A stretch of DNA of 64,000 bases, taken from positions 256,001-320,000 of the forward strand of contig CAXXHB010000002.1 of the NCBI GenBank assembly GCA_963664815.2. The letters are read 5' to 3'. This document shows, one piece after another, positions 53,987 to 63,303 of the stretch (position 1 is its first letter; the number at the start of each line of letters is the position of its first letter). The position numbers and the translations under genes were made by a program. The notes under the pieces were generated by a model. The model was not told the origin of the DNA. It worked only from the letters and a program-made list of their open reading frames with translations, and did no database searches. Source of the DNA: Spirochaetota bacterium (GTDB lineage: Bacteria > Spirochaetota > UBA4802 > UBA5550).

Positions 53987-54307
53987 CTATAATCCCATTT
54001 GCAAAGCTCTTTTAATAACAGGAGCAACTGTATCATTATTTATTTTATTATTTTTACAATATTCTGAATTTATCCAGTCTGATAATTTTTTAGTTCCTTT
54101 ACTTGAATTACATGCTGAACAACATCTGGCAATATTTTCTTTTGTAATAATAGTCTGGTCATTAATTATATGTTCCCACGTTGCAGCATTTTTCCTTGAT
54201 TCTCCTCGATTTACTTTTTCAACCATTTTAATCCCACAATAAACACAGTTCTTATCTCTTATAATTATTTCTTTCTCCATTTCTTCAGGAATATTCCATC
54301 TATTCAT
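53987..54307 (-). CDS. HNH endonuclease
   Basis: RD..CVYCG, TWEHI, CCSACNSSKG. Confidence 0.88.
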   Translation of the reverse strand: MNRWNIPEEMEKEIIIRDKNCVYCGIKMVEKVNRGESRKNAATWEHIINDQTIITKENIARCCSACNSSKGTKKLSDWINSEYCKNNKINNDTVAPVIKRALQMGL

Positions 54308-54310
54308 GTA

Positions 54311-54620
54311 TTAATTTCCTTTTATACAGAGTGAAATTCTTTTTCTAAGAACTCAACTCCAGTTTTATATGGATCATTTTGTTTCTTAAGAAACTCAATA
54401 TTTGTTTTGTATTGTTCTGGAAAATTTTTAAATTCTTCCGCCATACGTTTAACACCTGCTGGACATAGATAGGCTGGTGTATTTAATCCATTTATTCCTA
54501 AGGAGGAGATTTTTTCATCAAATAATTCTTCGGATACTTCAACGCCGAATAATGTTTTTACTGCTTTATTTGTTAATTGTATAAAATATGGAATTCTTAC
54601 TACTTTATATCTTAGATTTA
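54311..54620 (-). pseudogene. 5'-truncated putative endonuclease (DUF559/PD-(D/E)XK-like)
   Basis: Open frame YKVVRIPYFIQLT..TPAYLCPAG..YKGN*, cut by repeat copy B. Confidence 0.55.
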
Positions 54621-54750
54621 TAAAATCATCAGATTATTACTGCATGTTATTTCAAGGACCGGAAGAAAACGGTATTAAAATTCCTGTCTATATTTGTGCT
54701 GAGTATAAAAACGAAGCATGTTCTGCCCGATACCAGCAGCTTCGTTCAAC
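54621..54750. repeat. Dispersed repeat, copy B
   Basis: See copy A 48604-48730. Confidence 0.85.
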
Positions 54751-54888
54751 AAAAGCCTTAAAATAGCTGTTGCCTGAAATTTCAAACATTCTGCTTAATA
54801 TTGTTATCCCGCTGATAAAGAATGGCAGTTTTTTTGGGGCAGCTACGTTAAGACTTCTATAACGTATATACAGAGCTCACCCCTGGCT

Positions 54889-55212
54889 TTATGCTTTTAA
54901 AATTATTATTTCTTCATTTTTTTTCTTTTTATCTAATGGAAATGCTTTTATTTCTATACCAAGTCCAAGATTATGAAGATATTCAATTAACGTTGAAATT
55001 TTCATATCTTTTCTCGTTTCCAGTTTTGATACACTTGATTGAGAAAAAGATTTTATATCTTCTTGTCTTATTCCTCTTTTTTCTCTAATTTCAGAAAGAC
55101 GAATCTGTAATATTTCTTTTTCTGCTTCTTTGTATGCTTTTTTAATTCTCTTTTCTGGTAATGTAGAAGCTAATTCATCAATGAAATCATTTTTCTTTTT
55201 TGTTGTTTTCAT
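54889..55212 (-). CDS. XRE/HigA-like antitoxin
   Basis: LSEIREKRGIRQ..SQSSVSKLETRKDMKISTL. Confidence 0.85.
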   Translation of the reverse strand: MKTTKKKNDFIDELASTLPEKRIKKAYKEAEKEILQIRLSEIREKRGIRQEDIKSFSQSSVSKLETRKDMKISTLIEYLHNLGLGIEIKAFPLDKKKKNEEIIILKA

Positions 55213-55558
55213 TTGTTTTCCTCCTGAATTTTATGTGGTCGTTATAAAGATTATCAGCGATTGGAATCATTTTCTCATAAAATCTTTTATCACCGCGTTT
55301 ATCTCCTCCAATCAGAAGAATTGCTTTTTGATCTAAATCAAATACAAAAAATATTCGAAATAACCTCATTTTGTTTTGAGCCCGTAATTCTTTCATGTTT
55401 TTATGTCGGCTTTGTTTTATGGTACCAACATATGGTCTTCCGAGATTAGGTCCAATCTCTTTTAAAATAATAAGATTTTTCAATATAGCTTCACGAGCAT
55501 CATCATCAAGAGCGGTTGTCAATTCGGCTAATTGATCTGTTCTTTCTTTTTCCCACAT
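55187..55558 (-). CDS. HigB/Gp49-like (RelE superfamily) toxin
   Basis: GPNLGRPY, NMKELR, AILLIGGDK. Confidence 0.88.
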   Translation of the reverse strand: MWEKERTDQLAELTTALDDDAREAILKNLIILKEIGPNLGRPYVGTIKQSRHKNMKELRAQNKMRLFRIFFVFDLDQKAILLIGGDKRGDKRFYEKMIPIADNLYNDHIKFRRKTNENNKKEK

Positions 55559-55646
55559 GTGAACAATATGATCTGTATTTGTTATGACATCAAGTGAATA
55601 TTACCTTAAGTGCATATTATTTTAACTCTTAAAGTATTATGAAATA

Positions 55647-55916
55647 CTACAAATTCAGCAGCACGACGGGGAGCCCTGGTAAATATCTTTTTACTTCATC
55701 TTTCAGTTCCCTTATGAACGATGATATAATCGTAAAATCAGGTGATCTGTCTGTATTCTCCGACATTTTCAAAAGGTTTGCGATAAAGCCCGTGGCATCC
55801 CATATATCTGAATTATCATTGGATCTTGTATTATAAACCCATGAAGGTAAGTTAGTATTTAATCTGAGCCATGAATATATTGCCCTCAATTTATTATGAA
55901 TTTCATATTCAAGCAT
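55647..55916 (-). CDS. Hypothetical protein
   Basis: 89-aa ORF starting 9 bp after the YhcG-like gene. Confidence 0.4.
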   Translation of the reverse strand: MLEYEIHNKLRAIYSWLRLNTNLPSWVYNTRSNDNSDIWDATGFIANLLKMSENTDRSPDFTIISSFIRELKDEVKRYLPGLPVVLLNL

Positions 55917-55925
55917 TATTAATAA

Positions 55926-56960
55926 CTATAATCCCTCAAGTTCTGCTTCAATCTCTTCAATAGATGGAAGACTTGATTTCAACTGTTCCGGCAATGATTC
56001 AGTTAACCGGTATTCCGATACACCAATAGGCTTATTGATGTCACTGAGCGCATACTCAGCCACAAGCTTATCCCGCTTTTTGCAAATTATTATTCCGATA
56101 GTGGGGGTATCCTGTTCTGTACGAAACTGGGTATCTACTGCCTTAATGTAGAAGTTCAGCTTTTCCGCGTGTTCAGGTTCAAATTCAATAGTTTTGAGCT
56201 CAATTACGATGTAACAGTGGAGTTTGATATGATAAAAAAGGAGATCAATGAAAAACTCACGTTCTCCCACCTGTAGGGGAACCTGACGGCCGATATAGGC
56301 AAAACCAGCACCAAGTTCAAGTAGAAATCTCGAAACGTGATCAACCAGGCTGGTTTCAAGATCCCTCTCTGTAAAATCTGATGTAAGAGAGAGAAAATCA
56401 AATACATAGGGATCCTTGACAGTCTGCTGCGCCAAATCTGATATTGGCTCCGGAAGAGTGGCAGGGAAATTGCTTATACTTTTGCCCTCACGGTTTATCA
56501 GGCCGCTCTCTATCTGATGGACAAGAACGCTGCGGCTCCAGCCATGTTCAATTATTTTGCTAACGTAATAAGATGCATCATTCAGATTTTTACATTTAGT
56601 GATTATTACTATGTTGTGACCCCAGGGAATCTGCTTAATTTGTGCAACAAGCTGTTGCCCAATTGATACTCCCTGGTTATAAAAAAGATACCACTGCCTG
56701 ATATATTTTAAATTCCTTTCTGAAAACCCTTTCATGTACGGAAACTCAGAGGATAAATCCCTGCTTAGTTGTGTTAAAAAACCATCCCCCCAGGAATGCT
56801 GAGATTGTTGACGAACTATTTCTGCACCGAGATCCCAATACAGCTGAAGAAGTTCAACATTAACCTGGACAGCTGCCTTGAGCCGGGAAGAGCGGACTTT
56901 TTGTTTAAGAGATAAAAGCCAGTCTTTATATTCTTTATCAATAGAGATATCTGAATTCAT
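55926..56960 (-). CDS. YhcG/DUF1016 PD-(D/E)XK nuclease-like protein
   Basis: GFSERNLKY, KDPYVFDFL, FLLELGAGFAY, IDLLFYH, VIELK. Confidence 0.92.
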   Translation of the reverse strand: MNSDISIDKEYKDWLLSLKQKVRSSRLKAAVQVNVELLQLYWDLGAEIVRQQSQHSWGDGFLTQLSRDLSSEFPYMKGFSERNLKYIRQWYLFYNQGVSIGQQLVAQIKQIPWGHNIVIITKCKNLNDASYYVSKIIEHGWSRSVLVHQIESGLINREGKSISNFPATLPEPISDLAQQTVKDPYVFDFLSLTSDFTERDLETSLVDHVSRFLLELGAGFAYIGRQVPLQVGEREFFIDLLFYHIKLHCYIVIELKTIEFEPEHAEKLNFYIKAVDTQFRTEQDTPTIGIIICKKRDKLVAEYALSDINKPIGVSEYRLTESLPEQLKSSLPSIEEIEAELEGL

Positions 56961-57884
56961 AATTATTTGTCAATACCCACGACCCTGAAATATCCATAAT
57001 CAAAATTTTAACTCTCAGCTAACTGTTGTATTTCTATCAAATCTTCTGAATCTCATCTACTGTCTTTTTCCTGTCTGCATCTTTAAAACGTTTGAGACTC
57101 TCTTCCGTTGAAATTACTACCTGCCGGTGAAGGTCGGGGGATTCAAAATCATCAACTGCATTAAGTATGGGATTGAATATTGCATTGATTTTTTATATTT
57201 TGTTTTATCAGCTTTTTACAAGATCCTTTCATATGCGGAAATTCCGCATCTGCTTTTCTTTTTTGAAAAGAGAGTTAACCCTCAGAAAACATTATACCGA
57301 AGCTCTGGAATTTACTTTACATACTGAATTTATCAAAAGACTTTAAATGTATCTTTCCTGATAATAATTTTTCAATACGCCCTTTTAAAATTAAAATTTA
57401 CGCTTCGCACAAATGTTAAAAAGCTTTTCCTTTGATTATTACTTACAGCCATCAAAAAAAATAAGTCAAGACCTTTATCAATTCTGAAATTTGAAAATTT
57501 TTCAAATCGATTTAACCTGTTTAACAAATTCCTTAAAATTGAATGTTATCAATATGCCCGCACCAGCTTCGGAACCGTTTTTTCCGGTTTTTTAAACTAC
57601 CCCGTTCCCCGAGTGTTTCGAGTGAAACGAGAAATGTACCGAGGGGATCACTACAGGAAAACTGTTTTCTGAAATCTATAAATAATATTATTCGTCTGAA
57701 CACGATTATGGGATTAAGAGATTAACTGGATTACCAGTGAATAAGCGTACCGTACACCAACGTACTTACATCGTGCATCAGCTGATTCAGATTCAAATTC
57801 ACTGCAGATTTAAGACAAAAGCCCGACTCTCTTTACAGAAAAGTCAGTTTCCCTTCAATTTCGCCTCAAACACGTTACATACAG

Positions 57885-58424
57885 CTATAAACGCGCGTTT
57901 TTCTCTGTCGGTAACGGAGTTGAAACGGTATTGAAACGGTTTTTAACAGGGTCTACATACTGCTTAAGTCCTGTTTTAACAGCTTCACCTCTGTCTTTTA
58001 CTGCATTAATATTACTCTGTCCATCTGCTGATCTGCTGTTTGCTGAATAGTAACCGGCATATTCCGTAATTTCACCGGAGGCAGATACAACCACAGCATC
58101 CCCTGTTCCGCCGCTTCCCGATGGAGTAACAGGTGAACCTGGTGCAATGCCGCGAAGATATTCAGACATAAAAAGGTTATACCCTGACTTTCTCTTCCTC
58201 TTTGCCCTGTTTCTGTAGAGAGCTTTCTCCTCTTCCGGAAGAACCTGCCATGCCTTAACACCGCCGCCAAAATTACCCCTGCATTTCACCTGCGGTTCAG
58301 TACGCGGATTGGAGGGAATTGTGCGTGCTTTAATGTAGATTTTACCATAGCGTCTGTAAAGAACAAGTCCATCCAGACCACCATGCGCAGTTCTTAAATA
58401 GGGATGAAGCTTAACTTTTGCCAT
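57885..58424 (-). CDS. Basic putative DNA-binding protein with HMG-box-like motif
   Basis: AAGGAG RBS; NPRTEPQ; AWQVLPEEEKALYRNRAK, SGYNLFMSEYL. Confidence 0.65.
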   Translation of the reverse strand: MAKVKLHPYLRTAHGGLDGLVLYRRYGKIYIKARTIPSNPRTEPQVKCRGNFGGGVKAWQVLPEEEKALYRNRAKRKRKSGYNLFMSEYLRGIAPGSPVTPSGSGGTGDAVVVSASGEITEYAGYYSANSRSADGQSNINAVKDRGEAVKTGLKQYVDPVKNRFNTVSTPLPTEKNARL

Positions 58425-58579
58425 AGATATACACTCCTTTATTGCTGTTATATTTATCGTTATTTATATAGAAACTTATGTCTCTAATAACCAGTGCGGA
58501 AAAACAAATGACATGGGGCAAGCAGAATTTTTAAAAATTTTATATGTTAAAAACCCAGATTTATCAAAGGAGATATTTT

Positions 58580-58866
58580 GCCTTGCCCCTTCAGGGCGCC
58601 CGAGCGTAGTGACAAAGTACCCTTGGGGTAGGTGCGGGGGCTTATGGTACAGGTAAATTTACCAGATGATGTACTCGACAGACCGAAGTGTGCGGGGTCT
58701 TAAAAGTCCAGGCTGGTAAGGTATACTATACAGACAGTGTGTACTCAATGATTAATGATTAAAAACCCCCTTAACAAGGGGGTTGGCCGTCAGGCCGGGG
58801 GAGTTTTTCCATGTTACACCACATTCCATACAACATCAAAGGGGATTGCCCGGAGGTGCGGGGGCC
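58580..58866. repeat. Cluster of GC-rich REP-like palindromes
   Basis: gccccttcagggc, taccccttggggta-like, aacccccttaacaagggggtt-ggccgtcaggcc, and gtgcgggg three times. Confidence 0.55.
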
Positions 58867-59136
58867 GATTGTATTTAAACGAACTTTCGCAGAAAAATGT
58901 GACATATTTTTTGAAAAACACTACAAAATACAATTTTCCATCCCTATAATAACATATAATATCATCTTTTCAGATATTCCGGGCGGTTGTTATAACAATT
59001 AATAAACCGCATTAAAATTCTTATTGAATTTTACGCTTTTAAAAAAGTATAATGCAGATGTAGTCATTTAATGTTTCAAAGAATGATTGCTTATTAAAAG
59101 TGCAATTAATTATTAAAATTAAAAAGGAGAGTTGTA

Positions 59137-59943
59137 ATGAGAAACAAAATGGTTAAACTTCTATCCCTGTTTATCGCAGTAATATTCCTGTCAGCAGGCT
59201 GCGGTAAAGATAACACAAAGGATAAATCTCTTGCCCAGATCAAGGCAAAGGGTGTTTTCGTTGTCGGTCTTGACGACCAGTTTCCTCCAATGGGTTTCCG
59301 CGGACAGAATAACAATGAAATTATCGGTTTTGATATCGACCTCGCAAAAGAAGCGGCCAAAAGACTTGGCGTTCAGGTTCAGTTCAAACCTGTGGCATGG
59401 GATGGAATAATTCTCAGCCTCAACAAAGGGGACATTGATGTTGTATGGAACGGAATGACAATTACTGACGAAAGAAAACAGAAAATTGAATTCTCAAAAC
59501 CGTATCTCAAAAACAGACAGATAATCATGGTTACTATTGACAGCACATTGAGTAAAATTGATATGCTCAAAGGGAAAAAAGTCGGCCTCCAGCTTGGAAG
59601 CAGCAGCGAAACAGCTCTTAATACAAAACCTGATCTTGTAAAACAGCTGAAAGAGGTCAAGAAATATGAAAACAATACACTAGCACTTATGGACCTGGCA
59701 GCCAAGAGAATCGATGCGGTTGTAATCGATGAAATCGTCGGCAGATGGAACATGGCTAAAAAACCGGGCGTTTATAAGGTTTTCGAAGAAGATATGGGGA
59801 ATGAACTTTACGGTGTCGGTATCAGAAAAAATGATGTTACCTTTAAAGAAGCGCTGGACAAAGTTCTTGATGAAATCAAAAGTGACAAGTCCGGCGAAGA
59901 GATATCAAAAAAATGGTTTGGTGAGAATATAATTCTTAAATAA
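59137..59943 (+). CDS. Polar amino-acid ABC transporter substrate-binding lipoprotein
   Basis: LSAGC lipobox, DDQFPPMGF, GFDIDL, WNGMTITDER. Confidence 0.93.
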   Translation: MRNKMVKLLSLFIAVIFLSAGCGKDNTKDKSLAQIKAKGVFVVGLDDQFPPMGFRGQNNNEIIGFDIDLAKEAAKRLGVQVQFKPVAWDGIILSLNKGDIDVVWNGMTITDERKQKIEFSKPYLKNRQIIMVTIDSTLSKIDMLKGKKVGLQLGSSSETALNTKPDLVKQLKEVKKYENNTLALMDLAAKRIDAVVIDEIVGRWNMAKKPGVYKVFEEDMGNELYGVGIRKNDVTFKEALDKVLDEIKSDKSGEEISKKWFGENIILK

Positions 59944-59946
59944 CTT

Positions 59947-60600
59947 ATGGAACAATATATACAATATGTCATAGATTCTTCAGCTTTTATCCTCAAGGGG
60001 AGCGTTTTAACAGTTAAACTCTATTTTGTTACAATACTGTTTTCGATCCCCCTGGGGATTATTCTCGCCCTTATGAAAATTTCGAAATTCAGGCTTATGA
60101 GAATTTCAATAGGATTTTACACCTGGGTGTTCAGAGGAACACCCCTTCTTTTGCAGTTATTTTTCGTATATTACGGCCTTCCAATCTTCGGTATATCACT
60201 CTCTGATTTTACAGCTGCTTCGCTTACTTTCGTAATAAACTACTCTGCCTATCTTACCGAGATTTACAGGGCGGGGATCGAATCAATCGATAAAGGGCAG
60301 TATGAGGCATCAAAAGCGCTGAACATGAACTATTTTCAGACAATGAAAAGAATAATACTCCCGCAGGTTGTAAGAAGAACAATTCCTCCGACATGCAATG
60401 AAGCAATAACCCTTGTAAAAGATACAGCTCTGGTTGTTGTAATTGGAATGGGGGATCTTTTAAGATCGGCAAAGGAGCTGTTTGCCAGGGATTTTGCCAT
60501 AACCCCTTTTGCTATTGCCGCAATAGTATACCTCCTTATGACCACGGTAATAGTTTATTTTTTCCGTAAAATTGAAATCAAGTATTCCATATACGAGTAA
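59947..60600 (+). CDS. Polar amino-acid ABC transporter permease
   Basis: RGTPLLLQL, EIYRAGIESIDKGQYEA, VKDTAL. Confidence 0.93.
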   Translation: MEQYIQYVIDSSAFILKGSVLTVKLYFVTILFSIPLGIILALMKISKFRLMRISIGFYTWVFRGTPLLLQLFFVYYGLPIFGISLSDFTAASLTFVINYSAYLTEIYRAGIESIDKGQYEASKALNMNYFQTMKRIILPQVVRRTIPPTCNEAITLVKDTALVVVIGMGDLLRSAKELFARDFAITPFAIAAIVYLLMTTVIVYFFRKIEIKYSIYE

Positions 60601-60613
60601 TCAGGATTAATAC

Positions 60614-61393
60614 ATGAAAATGATCCAGGCCGGCAGTCTTTATAAATCTTTCGGAGCACACCAGGTTCTTGATAATGTAAACTTCGAAGTCAATAAGGGT
60701 GAAGTAATTGTTATTATCGGACCCTCCGGGTCTGGAAAAAGCACCCTGTTACGATGCTTTAACGGCCTTGAAGAGATAGATTCAGGCACTATTACAATTG
60801 AAGGTGAAGTATTTGCAAAAAAAGATAAAGGAAAAAAAGATTCAATAAATTCAAAAGCGAAGAAAGAGATTGCCAAAAAGCTTGGAATGGTTTTCCAGCA
60901 TTTTAATCTCTTCCCGCACAGAACAGTTCTTGAAAATGTAATAGAAGCGCCGGTCACTGTTTCAGGAATGAAAAAAAATGACGCAGTTGTGATGGGGGAA
61001 GCCCTTCTTGAAAAAGTAGGACTCTCCGATAAAAAAAACTCCTTCCCTTCCAAAATCTCCGGAGGGCAAAAACAGCGCGTTGCTATTGCACGCGCCCTTG
61101 GCATGAACCCGGATATAATGCTTTTTGACGAGCCGACATCCTCCCTCGACCCCGAGCTGGTAGGTGAAGTCCAGAAGGTTATTATTGACCTTGCACGTGA
61201 GAAGATGACAATGCTGATTGTAACCCATGAGATGAGATTCGCGGCTGAAGTCGCCGACAGGATTATTTTTATGGATGAAGGTAAAATTATAGCGGATGAA
61301 GAACCGCATAAAATTTTCAATAATCCGGAACATCCCCGGATAATCACATTCATAGACAAGATTACGATGAGACAATTTAACAGACAGGATTAA
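60614..61393 (+). CDS. Polar amino-acid ABC transporter ATPase
   Basis: GPSGSGKS, ISGGQKQRVAIAR, FDEPTSSLDPE. Confidence 0.95.
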   Translation: MKMIQAGSLYKSFGAHQVLDNVNFEVNKGEVIVIIGPSGSGKSTLLRCFNGLEEIDSGTITIEGEVFAKKDKGKKDSINSKAKKEIAKKLGMVFQHFNLFPHRTVLENVIEAPVTVSGMKKNDAVVMGEALLEKVGLSDKKNSFPSKISGGQKQRVAIARALGMNPDIMLFDEPTSSLDPELVGEVQKVIIDLAREKMTMLIVTHEMRFAAEVADRIIFMDEGKIIADEEPHKIFNNPEHPRIITFIDKITMRQFNRQD

Positions 61394-61517
61394 CTCTTTT
61401 AGTATATATCAGGGTTTCCCTTAATCCGAAATAATCATTTTCCCTAATTGACTTATTCCACAGAAAATGCATAATCAAAACACCATTAAGTTGTATCATA
61501 TTCATGATTTTCTCTCG

Positions 61518-61549
61518 ACCCCCGAAATATTGTTTTGGGGGTTTTTTTT
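61518..61549 (+). terminator. Intrinsic terminator
   Basis: acccccgaaa-tattgt-tttgggggt followed by T-run. Confidence 0.8.
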
Positions 61550-61640
61550 ATTGCGCTAATCCCGTGACATACAGATACTATCTGTATGTATAATCTGTTT
61601 TTTTATCATTCATACAACATCACACTGCGGGAGAAAAAAT

Positions 61641-62147
61641 ATGCTTTTTACCGTAGATAATTCTTTGCAGATGAAACTTTATTTTAAAGAAATAAAAGCC
61701 GGGTACTTTTTTCATTTCCCACGGAAATCATTTGTCTCTTTAATTGTACCTGTACTTATTATTGTTCTGTTTTTTTTATCAGGATGCAGATTTAACAAAG
61801 ACGATTCAGAACCCTGGGAGGGGATAACAGGTAATATTTTAAAAATAAATATTTCGGAGTTTTTCCCTTTTGAGGAAAATATCGATAATGCCGCAATGAA
61901 AAAAATGATAAGCGAACGGATAAACCAGAGAGCGTCATTAATTATTGCAAGCTACATCTCAATGAACCTTCCGAAAAATCAGGCATCCCCTGATAACGAT
62001 GCTGTCTTTAATAAAATGATGGATAGTATTATTTCCAGCGGCATACTTTCGGAATATGAATGTTACGAGAACAACTACTGCACGGCTCATATAGAATATG
62101 ATATCTCGGAACTGCAGAAAAAGCTTGAGCAGCTTAACAACCGGTAG
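61641..62147 (+). CDS. Hypothetical lipoprotein
   Basis: Hydrophobic stretch ending LSGC; true start uncertain. Confidence 0.55.
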   Translation: MLFTVDNSLQMKLYFKEIKAGYFFHFPRKSFVSLIVPVLIIVLFFLSGCRFNKDDSEPWEGITGNILKINISEFFPFEENIDNAAMKKMISERINQRASLIIASYISMNLPKNQASPDNDAVFNKMMDSIISSGILSEYECYENNYCTAHIEYDISELQKKLEQLNNR

Positions 62148-62150
62148 AAA

Positions 62151-63263
62151 CTATCTTTTTAAAGCAATTGCCCCTTCCGGACATATTTCCATACAACAGT
62201 AGCATCTTATACATTTACTGTAATTATAAAATGGAACAGATCCGTTTTTACTTTTCTCAATTACACCTGCGGGGCAGATTGTTCTGCACTGATAGCAGAG
62301 AGTACATTTTTTTTTATCCGGTACCGGTTTTTTAACAAGAAGGTTTTTCAGCAAAATTTTACTTACCGGAATTTTTCCTGTAAATGTTTTATTTTTCGGC
62401 GGGATAAAGCGGTTACTGAAATCAGATAAAGAGGCTCCGTTTATTTTTATTTTTTTTATATCCGATACTCCAAGACCTCTTTTTGCGCCTTCAATACAGA
62501 GACTTGCTCTCCCTGCATCCAGTCCGGCAGCTGCAACGGCAACGGCATCAACTGCAACAGCATCCATACCTGCAATAACCGCCTCTGCAGAAACAGGCTT
62601 TCCGCTCTTTCCAGGCCCCTCCCCCTCCAGTCCGGTAATCCCGTCCATAATTGAAATTATTCTGTCCTTTTTAGAAAATAAAAATGCCCCGTACAGATCG
62701 AGGATAAATGACATAAATTCCTTTTCATTCTCGGTTTTAACATGCCATTTTGATTTTTCGAGTCCATTTATTGTACCGAATAAATTCTTAACAGCTCCGG
62801 TGAAATATGTTAATGAATGAGTTTTCATTTTCGGAAGACTAAAGATAAAATCAGAATCGGCAATATCCTCTGCAACATGAAATGATCTGTATTTCACTCC
62901 GTTTTCATTTTTAATAACTGCAATTTTTGATGTATCACATACCTGAATCTTTTCAGTTTTTATAATCTCTTCATATCCGCATTTCTTCAACACCTTATCA
63001 ATACTGAAAAAGGCCGGCGATTCCACAAGTACCGGATTACCCTTGTGCTCCCTTATAAAATGAATCACAGCCCGGAAAAATTCCGGATGGGTAGTAACTC
63101 CGCTTTCAGGAGACGCGGCAGTAAGAAGATTCGGTTTTACCGCTATTTTAGCCCCTGCAAGATTTGCAGGATTAAAGGAGATATTTTTACAGGATTGATA
63201 TATTGCCTCTGAAAGATCATCCCTGTTATAACTGCTGTATTTAAGCAGAGAGACTACACTCAT
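62151..63263 (-). CDS. DUF362 family protein with two C-terminal 4Fe-4S motifs
   Basis: VKPNLL, PKMKTH, TGAVKNLFG, EGEGP; CxxCxxCxxxCP twice. Confidence 0.9.
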   Translation of the reverse strand: MSVVSLLKYSSYNRDDLSEAIYQSCKNISFNPANLAGAKIAVKPNLLTAASPESGVTTHPEFFRAVIHFIREHKGNPVLVESPAFFSIDKVLKKCGYEEIIKTEKIQVCDTSKIAVIKNENGVKYRSFHVAEDIADSDFIFSLPKMKTHSLTYFTGAVKNLFGTINGLEKSKWHVKTENEKEFMSFILDLYGAFLFSKKDRIISIMDGITGLEGEGPGKSGKPVSAEAVIAGMDAVAVDAVAVAAAGLDAGRASLCIEGAKRGLGVSDIKKIKINGASLSDFSNRFIPPKNKTFTGKIPVSKILLKNLLVKKPVPDKKKCTLCYQCRTICPAGVIEKSKNGSVPFYNYSKCIRCYCCMEICPEGAIALKR

Positions 63264-63303
63264 ATGTTACCACCGTTAAAACAAAATTTATTTTCAGGGC
63301 ATT

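Noticed and set aside
54744-54809. GTTCAAC...GTTATCC as another attC
   Set aside because: No convincing complementary arms between the two boxes.
56990-57420. Possible gene remnants upstream of the YhcG-like gene
   Set aside because: Only short broken frames; no family could be assigned.
33500-59000. CRISPR array, prophage, retron or DGR in the island
   Set aside because: No regularly spaced direct repeats, cas, phage structural, integrase or reverse-transcriptase ORFs were seen.
58811-59002. 63-aa ORF starting MLHHIPYN as a DUF559-like gene
   Set aside because: Resemblance is limited to the first few codons, then the frame runs into a REP-like palindrome; at most a stump.
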